IMG/VR virus record: IMGVR_UViG_3300032322_000635
Span: 1 to 55,059 of that record
Length of the DNA: 55,059 nt
Strand: one strand, 5' to 3'
DNA from: a virus
Taxonomy: Duplodnaviria; Caudoviricetes
Shown here: positions 29,062 through 38,119 of the stretch, piece by piece
Numbering within the stretch: the first letter of the stretch is position 1
How the letters are laid out: each line of letters opens with the position of its first letter
The notes under the pieces: model-generated
Told to the model about the DNA's origin: nothing
The model's database searches: none
Seen by the model: only the letters and a program-made list of their open reading frames with translations
Translations under genes and position numbers: made by a program

Positions 29062-31079
29062 TGACAAAAAAAGTTTTTGCACTTGATACCCAACCTGGCA
29101 TTCAAAGAGACGGTACATTAACCGATAAAATCTATTATGAAGATGGTCGTTGGGTAAGATTTCAACGTGGCCGTCCAAGAAAAATTTTAGGCTTCCGTGA
29201 AATTACTGCTATTTTAGCAGGGCCTAGCCGCGGCATATTTCTTGATCCTAATGATGGATTTAATAATATTTTTAGTGGCTATAACGATGGCCTTCAAGTT
29301 GTAGGTATTAACGAACTTGGTATTGGTTCTGGAATATTAGATTTTACCTTAACTGGATTCACTCCAAACAATAATAATCTTTGGCAGATGGATTCAGAGT
29401 TTGATTCAGGCGGAACAAATCAGCAAACATTACTGGCTCATCCTGGACAAAACTTAACAAAGATTGATAACACAGTAGACACGCCTGTATTAGGTGGTGA
29501 TATCAACGGAACATCTTTATCTCCTATTGGAGTTTTTACAGCAACTGGATCAACTAATTCAACTACTACAATCACTTTAGGTGCTATTAACCCTCTTGTA
29601 GGGCCTGGACAGTTAGTGACTGACGCTGCGGGAGATATTCCAGCAGGAACTACAGTCGTGTCAGTATCGACCACATCGGTAGTTTTATCTGCTGCAGCCA
29701 CAGGAACAACAGTAAGTAATACATTTACTTTTGATAATCAAATATCGGTGTCAGGTGGTGTAGTGGTTTTACATCCATATACATTTGTATACGGTAATAA
29801 TGGCCTTATAAAAAATTGTTCAGCAGGAAATATTAATGATTGGGTTTCGGCTGATTCGAACGAAACAAACGTATCAGCTACAAAAGTAGTCAAGGGACTT
29901 CCTGTTAGAGGTGGTTCTAATGCTCCATCGGGTCTCTTCTGGTCTCTTGACTCTCTTATCCGAGTATCTTATACACCTACAACAATCACAGCTGGCGGCA
30001 CTGCTTCCACATTCTTTTGGCGTTATGACATCATATCATCTCAATCATCTATTCTTTCTTCGTCATCTGTTATTGAATACGATGGTATTTATTACTGGTG
30101 TGGCGTTGACCGATTCATGCTTTATAACGGTGTTGTAAAAGAAATTCCAAATACATTTAATCAAAACTATTTCTTTGACAATCTTAATTACGCACAGCGT
30201 CAAAAAGTTTACGCAACTAAAGTATCTCGTTACGGTGAAATTTGGTGGTTCTATCCACGCGGTGATTCTACAGAATGCAATGACGTTATTATTTACAACG
30301 TTCGTGAAAATGTTTGGTATGACGCTGGTCAAGCAATAGGAGCAAGACGCTCAGCTGGTTACTTCTCACAAGTTTTCCCATATCCAATTAATGCTGGATG
30401 GGAAATTAATGCAACTGGTGGTGTTAATGCATTTAATATTGTAGACGCTGGCACTGGCTATACAGACGGAGTTTACCCATACGAAGTATTAGAAAATGGT
30501 ACTGGAAACGATAGTGCAATTGCTACAATTACAGTAGTTGGTGGAGTTGTGACTGAAGTAGTTATTACTTCACACGGTCAAGACTATGCAGTGGGTAATA
30601 TATTAACCGCTCCTACACTTCCTGGCGGAGCTGACTTTGAAATTATAGTAACATCGCTCATGAGTTATGTATCTCTATTCCAACATGAGATTGGTACAGA
30701 TGCTATTTACACAGGCCCATCAGGCATTATTCAAACAGCTGTTCAAAGTTATTTTGAAACATCTAATTTAGGATGGGTATCAGGTGGCCCGTCACAACAA
30801 ACTCCAGTGGGAGATAATTACTGGCTAAGACTAGAACGCCTTGAGCCTGATTTTATCATGACTGGAAACATGACCTTAACCGTAACAGGTAGACCATTCG
30901 CCCAATCAGACGACCAAGCATCAAGCCCATATACGTTTAATCAAGACACATCAAAAATCGATATGCGCGAACAACGAAGAGAGCTAAGATTAAAGTTTGA
31001 AAGCAATGTACTTGGTGGTAACTATCAAACTGGTTACATCATGTTGAACGCAGACGTTGGTGACGTAAGGCCTTATTAA
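29061..31079 (+). CDS. Tail nozzle/DNA-stabilisation protein (P22 gp10 / tubular protein B-like)
   Basis: PGIQRDGT...WVRFQRGRPRKI N-terminus; EIWWFYP, YNVRENVWY beta-propeller-type motifs; 672 aa. Confidence 0.7.
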   Translation: MTKKVFALDTQPGIQRDGTLTDKIYYEDGRWVRFQRGRPRKILGFREITAILAGPSRGIFLDPNDGFNNIFSGYNDGLQVVGINELGIGSGILDFTLTGFTPNNNNLWQMDSEFDSGGTNQQTLLAHPGQNLTKIDNTVDTPVLGGDINGTSLSPIGVFTATGSTNSTTTITLGAINPLVGPGQLVTDAAGDIPAGTTVVSVSTTSVVLSAAATGTTVSNTFTFDNQISVSGGVVVLHPYTFVYGNNGLIKNCSAGNINDWVSADSNETNVSATKVVKGLPVRGGSNAPSGLFWSLDSLIRVSYTPTTITAGGTASTFFWRYDIISSQSSILSSSSVIEYDGIYYWCGVDRFMLYNGVVKEIPNTFNQNYFFDNLNYAQRQKVYATKVSRYGEIWWFYPRGDSTECNDVIIYNVRENVWYDAGQAIGARRSAGYFSQVFPYPINAGWEINATGGVNAFNIVDAGTGYTDGVYPYEVLENGTGNDSAIATITVVGGVVTEVVITSHGQDYAVGNILTAPTLPGGADFEIIVTSLMSYVSLFQHEIGTDAIYTGPSGIIQTAVQSYFETSNLGWVSGGPSQQTPVGDNYWLRLERLEPDFIMTGNMTLTVTGRPFAQSDDQASSPYTFNQDTSKIDMREQRRELRLKFESNVLGGNYQTGYIMLNADVGDVRPY

Positions 31080-31080
31080 T

Positions 31081-31329
31081 ATGGCACTAGCAGTCGTATA
31101 TGATCCAAGATTTCACACCTTCAACTCATGGGCATCTCTTATGGTTGAAGCGTATGGCGGACAACAATTAGCAATACCAGGCAGTGAAGATGAATGGAAA
31201 ACTTGGGCGTCAGGATTAAAAGCAATTGATATTTTTACTAACGAGGGTATACCAGGCCCTTACATTTACGATAACTGGCAAGACTGGGCTGAAGCTTTAG
31301 TTAATGCCGTAAACCAAAGGGTAGAGTAA
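31081..31329 (+). CDS. Hypothetical tail-module protein
   Basis: ORF track; Trp-rich (WQDWA); tightly packed in the operon. Confidence 0.65.
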   Translation: MALAVVYDPRFHTFNSWASLMVEAYGGQQLAIPGSEDEWKTWASGLKAIDIFTNEGIPGPYIYDNWQDWAEALVNAVNQRVE

Positions 31330-31745
31330 TGGAAGAAAATCAAAAAGATTTCAATGTTGACTATGATCAAATGTCTACACAAGACATTGTGCAACAAAGC
31401 ATGGCAAGAACTAATCCAGGAGAAGATTGGGAAAAGACGTACGCTTACATGTACCATGGATTGCAATCGCCTCATTTTAGACTTATACGTAGACGCAATT
31501 CTTTATTATTTTTTCAAGTTACGCCTCCAGTTGCAAGTCATGCTCATTTATTTACTGCGGATGATCAAGAAGAAGTAAAAATTTCATTACAAGAATTTGT
31601 AAAAGCATTAAAAATTGCTGGATATAAAAAAATTACTTCAAAAGTTAAAAATCCATCAATTATAAGATTAATTAGAATGGCTAAGCTTCCAGTTAAAGAA
31701 ACAAAAATTCCTGGTGGATATAGCATTGAAGTGGAGATTAAATAA
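31329..31745 (+). CDS. Hypothetical protein, possibly a GNAT-like assembly factor
   Basis: Sits between nozzle and ejection genes, where P22 gp14 and T7 gp13 lie; no decisive motif. Confidence 0.45.
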   Translation: MEENQKDFNVDYDQMSTQDIVQQSMARTNPGEDWEKTYAYMYHGLQSPHFRLIRRRNSLLFFQVTPPVASHAHLFTADDQEEVKISLQEFVKALKIAGYKKITSKVKNPSIIRLIRMAKLPVKETKIPGGYSIEVEIK

Positions 31746-34057
31746 TGGGATTCGTTGGTGATATTTTTGAAAGTGTAGTGGACTTTGTAGGTGACGTAGT
31801 AGGTGGCATAGTTGACACCGTTAAAGCCATTATAAAAAACCCTCTTCCAGCAATTGCATCATTTGCACTTAGTTACTTTGCTCCAGGATGGGGAACTGCC
31901 TTAGGTAGAACATTAGGTATAGGTGCTGATTTAGCCACTACAGCCATTAGATCTGTTGGTAGCGCTGCAATTACTGCCCTTAACGGCGGAGATATGAGAA
32001 ACATTTTAACTGCTGGATTAATGCCAGTTGTTATGTCTCCAACTATTCAAAAATCTGTATTCGGTGCAATTGGAATAAAAGACTTTACCGTTACTGGCAA
32101 AGACGGACTTCTTACAAAAATTACAAACCCTATAACAAGCGCTATTGGTAACGTACTAGGAGATAATTCATTTTCTAGAATGATTCAAGACGCTGCTGGC
32201 TCTGCAACTATTAGCGGAGCTATGGCATTAGTCACAGGCGAAGACATTAAAAAAGCTGCATTAGGTGCTGGAGTTAGTGCAATATCATCTGATTTGGTAG
32301 GTAAGCTATTTAATACCGTTCAAGAAACTGTAACAAAATCAGAGAAGATTGCAATTGATTATTCAAATGCTCAAACACAAGCTCAGGAATTGTTATCTAA
32401 AGATCCAAACTTACAAAGAATTGCTGCAGCACAAAAACTTCAATATACCCAAGCTCAAGAAATCAATGTAGATATTGAGGAATATGAAAAGGTAAAAAAA
32501 CGAATTGAAGACAGCATTGCCGCAACCAATACTTACTCTCAAGCAGACGCAGATGCTGCTAATGCTTTGGCTACTAAAATTAACGATGTATCTTATCCAA
32601 AATATGAAAAAACTACTAGCTTAGTAGATGAGCTAATTGCCGCAAACAAGCCAGCATACGATCAACTTAGTGCTGTTACCTCAAATATGTCAGGCATGGC
32701 TAATTCTTATGAAGAACTTATTGCCGACATTCAAGATCAATATGCAGAGTATGTTGCTACAACTGACGTTCCTAAATATCAAGAGCTATATAAAGAACAG
32801 CAAGATGCTCTACAATCTGGTGACATGGCAAAAGCAACTTCACTACAGATGCAGATGAATGATTTAAAAGATGATATTAAGGCCTCAACTTACGAGGGAG
32901 TATTGCCAGGAAGCAATACATCCAGAAGGATTAGTGAGCGTGACCCAACTTTTAAGTTGCAAAAAGAACTTGATATTCTTACAGGTGAAACAGCTCCTAA
33001 CCGATTGACAAGTAGATTTTTCGGCCCTACAGACGCTGCAAACGTTACATTCCAAAAACTTAGTCAAGAGATTAATACTTTACAAGTGCAATTAGACAAG
33101 GCTTTAGTCGACGGAAATATGGCAAAAGCGGCTCAGTTGCAAGACCAAATTAAATTTAAAGGTGAGCTTTTAACAGCAGCCATTCCTGATGCACAAGCTG
33201 CTAATACAGCAAGAGCCGAAGCTATACGAACTCAGATAGCTAACATTGAAAATCAAAATCTAATTAATAAGGTTCCTAAAACAGGAGTTTCTAATCCAAG
33301 CTTTATTGAATCATTTTTAAGTACTGTACCTAAAGACATATTAACTACAGCCCTTACAGCAACTATTACTAATGCATTATTAGGTAATGATTTAAACAAA
33401 GCAAAAAAAATTGTTGATCAAGCTAAAAACCCACCTAGACAGCCTGGAGGACCTAATAGGCCAACTACGCCGACTACACCAACTACGCCGACAACGCCTA
33501 CTACACCTACTACACCAACAACTCCGCCTGCTAAAGTTGATGTAACAAAATTAACTCCAATTAACTTTGATCCAAAAACTGGAACTATTAAACCTGTTAC
33601 ACCAACTACACCTACAACGCCAATAACTACGCCTACAACGCCGACTACGCCAATAACTACTCCTACTACACCAACAACACCAACAACGCCTCCTGGAGGC
33701 TTGCCAACCACTGGAGGCACCACTACTGGAGCAACAACTGGTACTACAACTGGTACTACAACTGGCACTACTACAGGTGGTTTAAATTCAACAACAGCGC
33801 CTACAAAGGTTGATATTAGTAGCTTGACACCTTACACGGGTTCCGTTAACTTGGGAGCATCGGGTAATAATGTGCCTAGAGATAATAGATTTGGAAATAA
33901 CAGGTTTGGTAATAATAGACAAGCTGGACTAGGTTCTGTTTCTACGCCAACAACAGCTCCAACAAACACAAACAGCACTGCTCCGCAGCGTGCTGATATT
34001 AACACATTAACCCCAGTAACAGACCCAAGTTTGTTACCGACTAGCTTAAGAACTTAG
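31745..34057 (+). CDS. Probable ejection (DNA transfer) protein with Pro-Thr-Thr repeats
   Basis: MGFVGDIFESVVD amphipathic N-terminus, Gly/Ala hydrophobic segment, coiled coil, (PTT)n tail. Confidence 0.6.
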   Translation: MGFVGDIFESVVDFVGDVVGGIVDTVKAIIKNPLPAIASFALSYFAPGWGTALGRTLGIGADLATTAIRSVGSAAITALNGGDMRNILTAGLMPVVMSPTIQKSVFGAIGIKDFTVTGKDGLLTKITNPITSAIGNVLGDNSFSRMIQDAAGSATISGAMALVTGEDIKKAALGAGVSAISSDLVGKLFNTVQETVTKSEKIAIDYSNAQTQAQELLSKDPNLQRIAAAQKLQYTQAQEINVDIEEYEKVKKRIEDSIAATNTYSQADADAANALATKINDVSYPKYEKTTSLVDELIAANKPAYDQLSAVTSNMSGMANSYEELIADIQDQYAEYVATTDVPKYQELYKEQQDALQSGDMAKATSLQMQMNDLKDDIKASTYEGVLPGSNTSRRISERDPTFKLQKELDILTGETAPNRLTSRFFGPTDAANVTFQKLSQEINTLQVQLDKALVDGNMAKAAQLQDQIKFKGELLTAAIPDAQAANTARAEAIRTQIANIENQNLINKVPKTGVSNPSFIESFLSTVPKDILTTALTATITNALLGNDLNKAKKIVDQAKNPPRQPGGPNRPTTPTTPTTPTTPTTPTTPTTPPAKVDVTKLTPINFDPKTGTIKPVTPTTPTTPITTPTTPTTPITTPTTPTTPTTPPGGLPTTGGTTTGATTGTTTGTTTGTTTGGLNSTTAPTKVDISSLTPYTGSVNLGASGNNVPRDNRFGNNRFGNNRQAGLGSVSTPTTAPTNTNSTAPQRADINTLTPVTDPSLLPTSLRT

Positions 34058-34064
34058 GACAAAT

Positions 34065-36698
34065 ATGGCAACTAATCTAACTACTCCATTAATGAGCCAA
34101 CCCACTGGCGTTCCAATCACATCTCCTGGAAGTGGAACTGGCGCAATTCCAGGCGTAAATTATCAAAATCAAACAACCGATAATACCGCTGCTGGCGCTT
34201 TATTAGGTGGTTTAACTGGACTGGCTTTAAGCAAAGCATTTAAAGCTCCTGCCACACAAAATAAACCACAAGCTCCTAAATCTGTAGACGCTCCTAGCAT
34301 TTCTAATTTACCCTCTAAAAAGACAAAATCACCTGGCGCGGCTAGTATAGGTTCAGCTGCAGGAACTCCTGTCGGTGGAGGCTCCACTGGAGCTGTAGGT
34401 GGTTTAGCTTTCCCTAAAGGCACAACACAAGAACAAGTTGATGCTTATCATGGTAAATCAAACGGTCAATCTAATTACGTTATTGCAGGTGTTAACCCAT
34501 CTAATGGTGACATTATTGCTCAACCAAGTACAAGCATTGGTGGCGGAAACTTAACTGGCACTGGCTCAGGACCAACAGAGACAGCAACTCCTCCTGCTGA
34601 CCAAGACCCTGGAACATACTTTCAAGATCCGTACGGAAATGTATATGATGGAGACGGAAATCTTTATGCGGTAAAGAGTGGAGACACTTACTATGTGAAA
34701 GATCCTTCATCTTCTGATTCTTGGATCAATGCAAACAATCCACAGGAAGTCATTACAACGGATGAGCTATATAGCTCTACTGGTGGTGGTTATGAAACTC
34801 CATCTACAGACATATCACTTCCAGATATTGATGTTGGCGGTAGCGATTGGGATTATTCAAATAATGATCTTTATTACCCAACAGACCCATACGAATATTA
34901 CACACCTCCTGATGAGAATAGTTATTACACACCTCCAACAGACACTGGAAATTATTATCCTGATTATGGTTATGAAACTCCTTCATATGATACTAGCATC
35001 TACTCACCAATTGACACTACTGGCGGTATGTTTAGTAGTTTCTTTAAAAAAGGCGGTTTAGCAACTCCATTATTTAAAAGAGGCGGCTCTGTTAGAGGTT
35101 ATGCAGACGGTTCTCTTGTGGAAGCAGCTGAAGACATGGCTCCAAGCTCAACATTAAATCAAGAGCCAGTTGCTATGGAAACTACAAGCGAAACTAATCC
35201 ATTAGTGCGTACGCTTACTGATCTTCTTACTAACCCAACTGTTATAGGCGCTGGCGCTGGTGCGGCATTAGGTAACTTATCAGGCGGAAGTACTAATCAA
35301 GTTAATCAAGGTATTGACATGTCGCAGCTTGGCTTAAAACCAAGAACAACGACGTTTGGCATGGGCCCTGCAAATTTCGTGCCTTACGAAGATTACAGTC
35401 AACCATATGCTTTAACTACATCTCAAAATACAGGTGGCCTAGGTGCTGCAACATATCAACCTACAATACCTAATATGAGCGCACCTGGTGGAGGCACAAC
35501 AACAACGCCAACCACGCCAACAACGCCAACAACAACTGGCGGCATGACTACTGAACAGTTAACAGCTCTTATCAATTCTATTTTAAGTAATCAAAATACT
35601 GGCGGTGGAACCACTACAGGCGGCGGTACAACTACAGGTGGAGGTACAACCACGGGCGGAGGTACAACAACTGGTGGAGGTGCTACTACAGGTGGCGGAA
35701 CTACAACACCACAATACTACACAGATGGCAAAGGTAATATATACGACGCTAATGGTAATCTAGTCAAAGCCGCAAACACAGGTGGTAGAGATGACGATGA
35801 CGATGATGATGATGACAGAGATAGAGATAGATATAGAGATAGAGATAGAAGACCTTCTACAACAGCTCCACAATACTTCACGGATGGCAAAGGAAACATC
35901 TATGATGCTAACGGCAATTTAGTTAAAGCTGCTGGATCTACAACGGGAACGACAACTGGAACTGGGACAACAACTAGTGGCGGTGGATTGCCTACAACCA
36001 CAGGAACTACAACACCTGCTCCAATTAACCCTGGTTATGCAAATTTAGTAAACACTTACAATACTCAATTAAAGACTCTTCAAGACAAACTTGCTTTAGC
36101 TCCAGCAGCTGAAAAAGGAAGCATAAACTCTCAAATATTCCAGGTACAAAAGCTTTTAAGCAATTTAAATACAAAATTTAATCCAGCAACTGGAAAAGAA
36201 TATACTAGAAGAGAACTAAGTGAGATAGAACACGCCGCAAAGGAAGCTAAAAAAAATGCAGCAAGATCTACCTCCTCTTCAAGCCAACCTGCTAGACAAG
36301 CATCGTATAATTACGGCACTCGAGTAAGCCCATCTTCTGTATTAAATCGCTTTCTGGGAAGAGGAATGGCTGAAGGTGGATTAGCGTATGATATGCATCC
36401 TGACAATATGGTTGATCACGTGCCTATTATGGATGGTCGACATGATTACAGAGCTGGTGCTCGTGTAGAAGGCGCTGGCGATGGCCAGTCTGATGACATT
36501 CCAGCAATGCTTGCGGACGGTGAATACGTAATTGATGCTGAAACTGTGGCGCAATTAGGTAACGGATCTAATAAAGCTGGCGCTAAAGTGCTTGATCAAT
36601 TTAGAGAAAACATTCGCGAACATAAACGCAGCGCACCATTACATAAAATACCGCCAAAGAGTAAATCTCCATTGGCTTATCTCAAAGGAGCTAAATAA
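34065..36698 (+). CDS. Probable ejection protein, low complexity, with tape-measure-like C-terminal domain
   Basis: GALLGGLTGLAL segment; GGGTTT and poly-Asp/RD repeats; C-terminal GAGDGQSDDIPAMLADGEYVIDAETV. Confidence 0.6.
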   Translation: MATNLTTPLMSQPTGVPITSPGSGTGAIPGVNYQNQTTDNTAAGALLGGLTGLALSKAFKAPATQNKPQAPKSVDAPSISNLPSKKTKSPGAASIGSAAGTPVGGGSTGAVGGLAFPKGTTQEQVDAYHGKSNGQSNYVIAGVNPSNGDIIAQPSTSIGGGNLTGTGSGPTETATPPADQDPGTYFQDPYGNVYDGDGNLYAVKSGDTYYVKDPSSSDSWINANNPQEVITTDELYSSTGGGYETPSTDISLPDIDVGGSDWDYSNNDLYYPTDPYEYYTPPDENSYYTPPTDTGNYYPDYGYETPSYDTSIYSPIDTTGGMFSSFFKKGGLATPLFKRGGSVRGYADGSLVEAAEDMAPSSTLNQEPVAMETTSETNPLVRTLTDLLTNPTVIGAGAGAALGNLSGGSTNQVNQGIDMSQLGLKPRTTTFGMGPANFVPYEDYSQPYALTTSQNTGGLGAATYQPTIPNMSAPGGGTTTTPTTPTTPTTTGGMTTEQLTALINSILSNQNTGGGTTTGGGTTTGGGTTTGGGTTTGGGATTGGGTTTPQYYTDGKGNIYDANGNLVKAANTGGRDDDDDDDDDRDRDRYRDRDRRPSTTAPQYFTDGKGNIYDANGNLVKAAGSTTGTTTGTGTTTSGGGLPTTTGTTTPAPINPGYANLVNTYNTQLKTLQDKLALAPAAEKGSINSQIFQVQKLLSNLNTKFNPATGKEYTRRELSEIEHAAKEAKKNAARSTSSSSQPARQASYNYGTRVSPSSVLNRFLGRGMAEGGLAYDMHPDNMVDHVPIMDGRHDYRAGARVEGAGDGQSDDIPAMLADGEYVIDAETVAQLGNGSNKAGAKVLDQFRENIREHKRSAPLHKIPPKSKSPLAYLKGAK

Positions 36699-38119
36699 TG
36701 GCTGATCTATTTCAAGGTTCGCTACTACCCTCAACAACCACGACCACGTCGACGCAACAAACTGCGCCTGAGTTTTATACTAATTACTTACAAGACGTTG
36801 CAAATCTTGGACAAAATGCAGTTCAACAAGGTGGTGTAGCAGGTTTTAGCCCATTACAAACTCAAGCATTTAACATGGCTCCATCAACTGCGTTCTCAGG
36901 ACAGGGTGCAGCAACACAAGCCCAAGCTTTAACAAACGCAGCTGGCACAACATCAGCTCCAAGCATCATTAATGACTACATGAATCCATACACTGGCAAA
37001 GTGGTGGATGAAATGGCGCGTCTACAGCAACAAAACTTGCAACGTAATGTATTGCCAACAATTGCAGGCGGCGGCGTAGGCACAGGATCATTCGGATCAC
37101 GCAGACAACAACAAGCTTTAGGCCAATCTTTATCTGATATGCAAGCTAACCTTACTGGCCAACAATATGGTGCTTTAAATACTGGCTATCAAAACGCTAT
37201 GCAATCTGCACAAGCTGACTTAAACCGTCAATTACAAGCTGGCCAAGGTATGAGTAACGTTGCACAACAACAATATCAAATTGGCAGCGGCGGATTAAAT
37301 ACATTGTCTTCACTTGGTTCTTTACAGCAAGCTCAAGGCCAAAGACAACTTGATTATCCAATGGTGCAAGCACAAAACTATGCAAACTTATTGCAAGGCC
37401 TAAACATTCCTACTGGCCAAGTACAACAAACCGTAGCACCAGGACAGCAAGGTCAATACACTAACAGTCCATTATCACAAATTGCTGGTATAGGCTCATT
37501 ACTTGCTGCTATCTCTGGCACTGGCACAACCAATAGCACAAGTATTGTTAATGATCTCATAAACGCAATCAGAGGCACTTCATCAACTCCTGCAGCAACT
37601 CCTCCAGCAACTGGTAAAGAAGGCGGCAGTGTTGTTGGTTATGCAGACGGTGGAACGGTTGAGCCAATAGACATGCAAGGGATGACAAAGCCATACGACT
37701 TGAGTCAAGGTGGAACAGAGATGTTTGAAAATAACCCAGTAGACCCAATCGTGTATACAGGCGGCACTCCAAACTTTGATGAAACAACTGGTGAATATAT
37801 TAACCCAGAAGTCAAGCCTTTAAATCCTGAAGTCACAGATATGCCAGTAGCTATGCCAACAGAAGCTCCAACCGACATGCCTGTGCGCAATACAAATACA
37901 CCATTGCCATACGAAAGAACTAATACACCAACACAGCAAGGTAAAACAAACCCAAGATTTCCATTTAAAATAAGAGACTTTAGTAATATGAATTTAGCTC
38001 CTAGAAATCTTATTAAAAACCTTGATAGAGTTCGTAACAGACCACAACGTGTTGAGCGGCCACAAATGCCTAGACGACCTTTAGCTGGCCTTAATTTTAT
38101 GAATAGAGGAAAAAGATAA
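36698..38119 (+). CDS. Probable ejection protein (Gln/Gly-rich, P22 gp7-like role)
   Basis: VAGFSPLQTQA, YMNPYT, GSFGSRRQ and SPLSQIAGIG motifs. Confidence 0.65.
   Translation: MADLFQGSLLPSTTTTTSTQQTAPEFYTNYLQDVANLGQNAVQQGGVAGFSPLQTQAFNMAPSTAFSGQGAATQAQALTNAAGTTSAPSIINDYMNPYTGKVVDEMARLQQQNLQRNVLPTIAGGGVGTGSFGSRRQQQALGQSLSDMQANLTGQQYGALNTGYQNAMQSAQADLNRQLQAGQGMSNVAQQQYQIGSGGLNTLSSLGSLQQAQGQRQLDYPMVQAQNYANLLQGLNIPTGQVQQTVAPGQQGQYTNSPLSQIAGIGSLLAAISGTGTTNSTSIVNDLINAIRGTSSTPAATPPATGKEGGSVVGYADGGTVEPIDMQGMTKPYDLSQGGTEMFENNPVDPIVYTGGTPNFDETTGEYINPEVKPLNPEVTDMPVAMPTEAPTDMPVRNTNTPLPYERTNTPTQQGKTNPRFPFKIRDFSNMNLAPRNLIKNLDRVRNRPQRVERPQMPRRPLAGLNFMNRGKR

Noticed and set aside
33418-33768. Minus-strand (VVG)n ORF resembling a membrane or elastin-like protein
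   Set aside because: It is the reverse complement of the (PTT)n tract in ORF 31745
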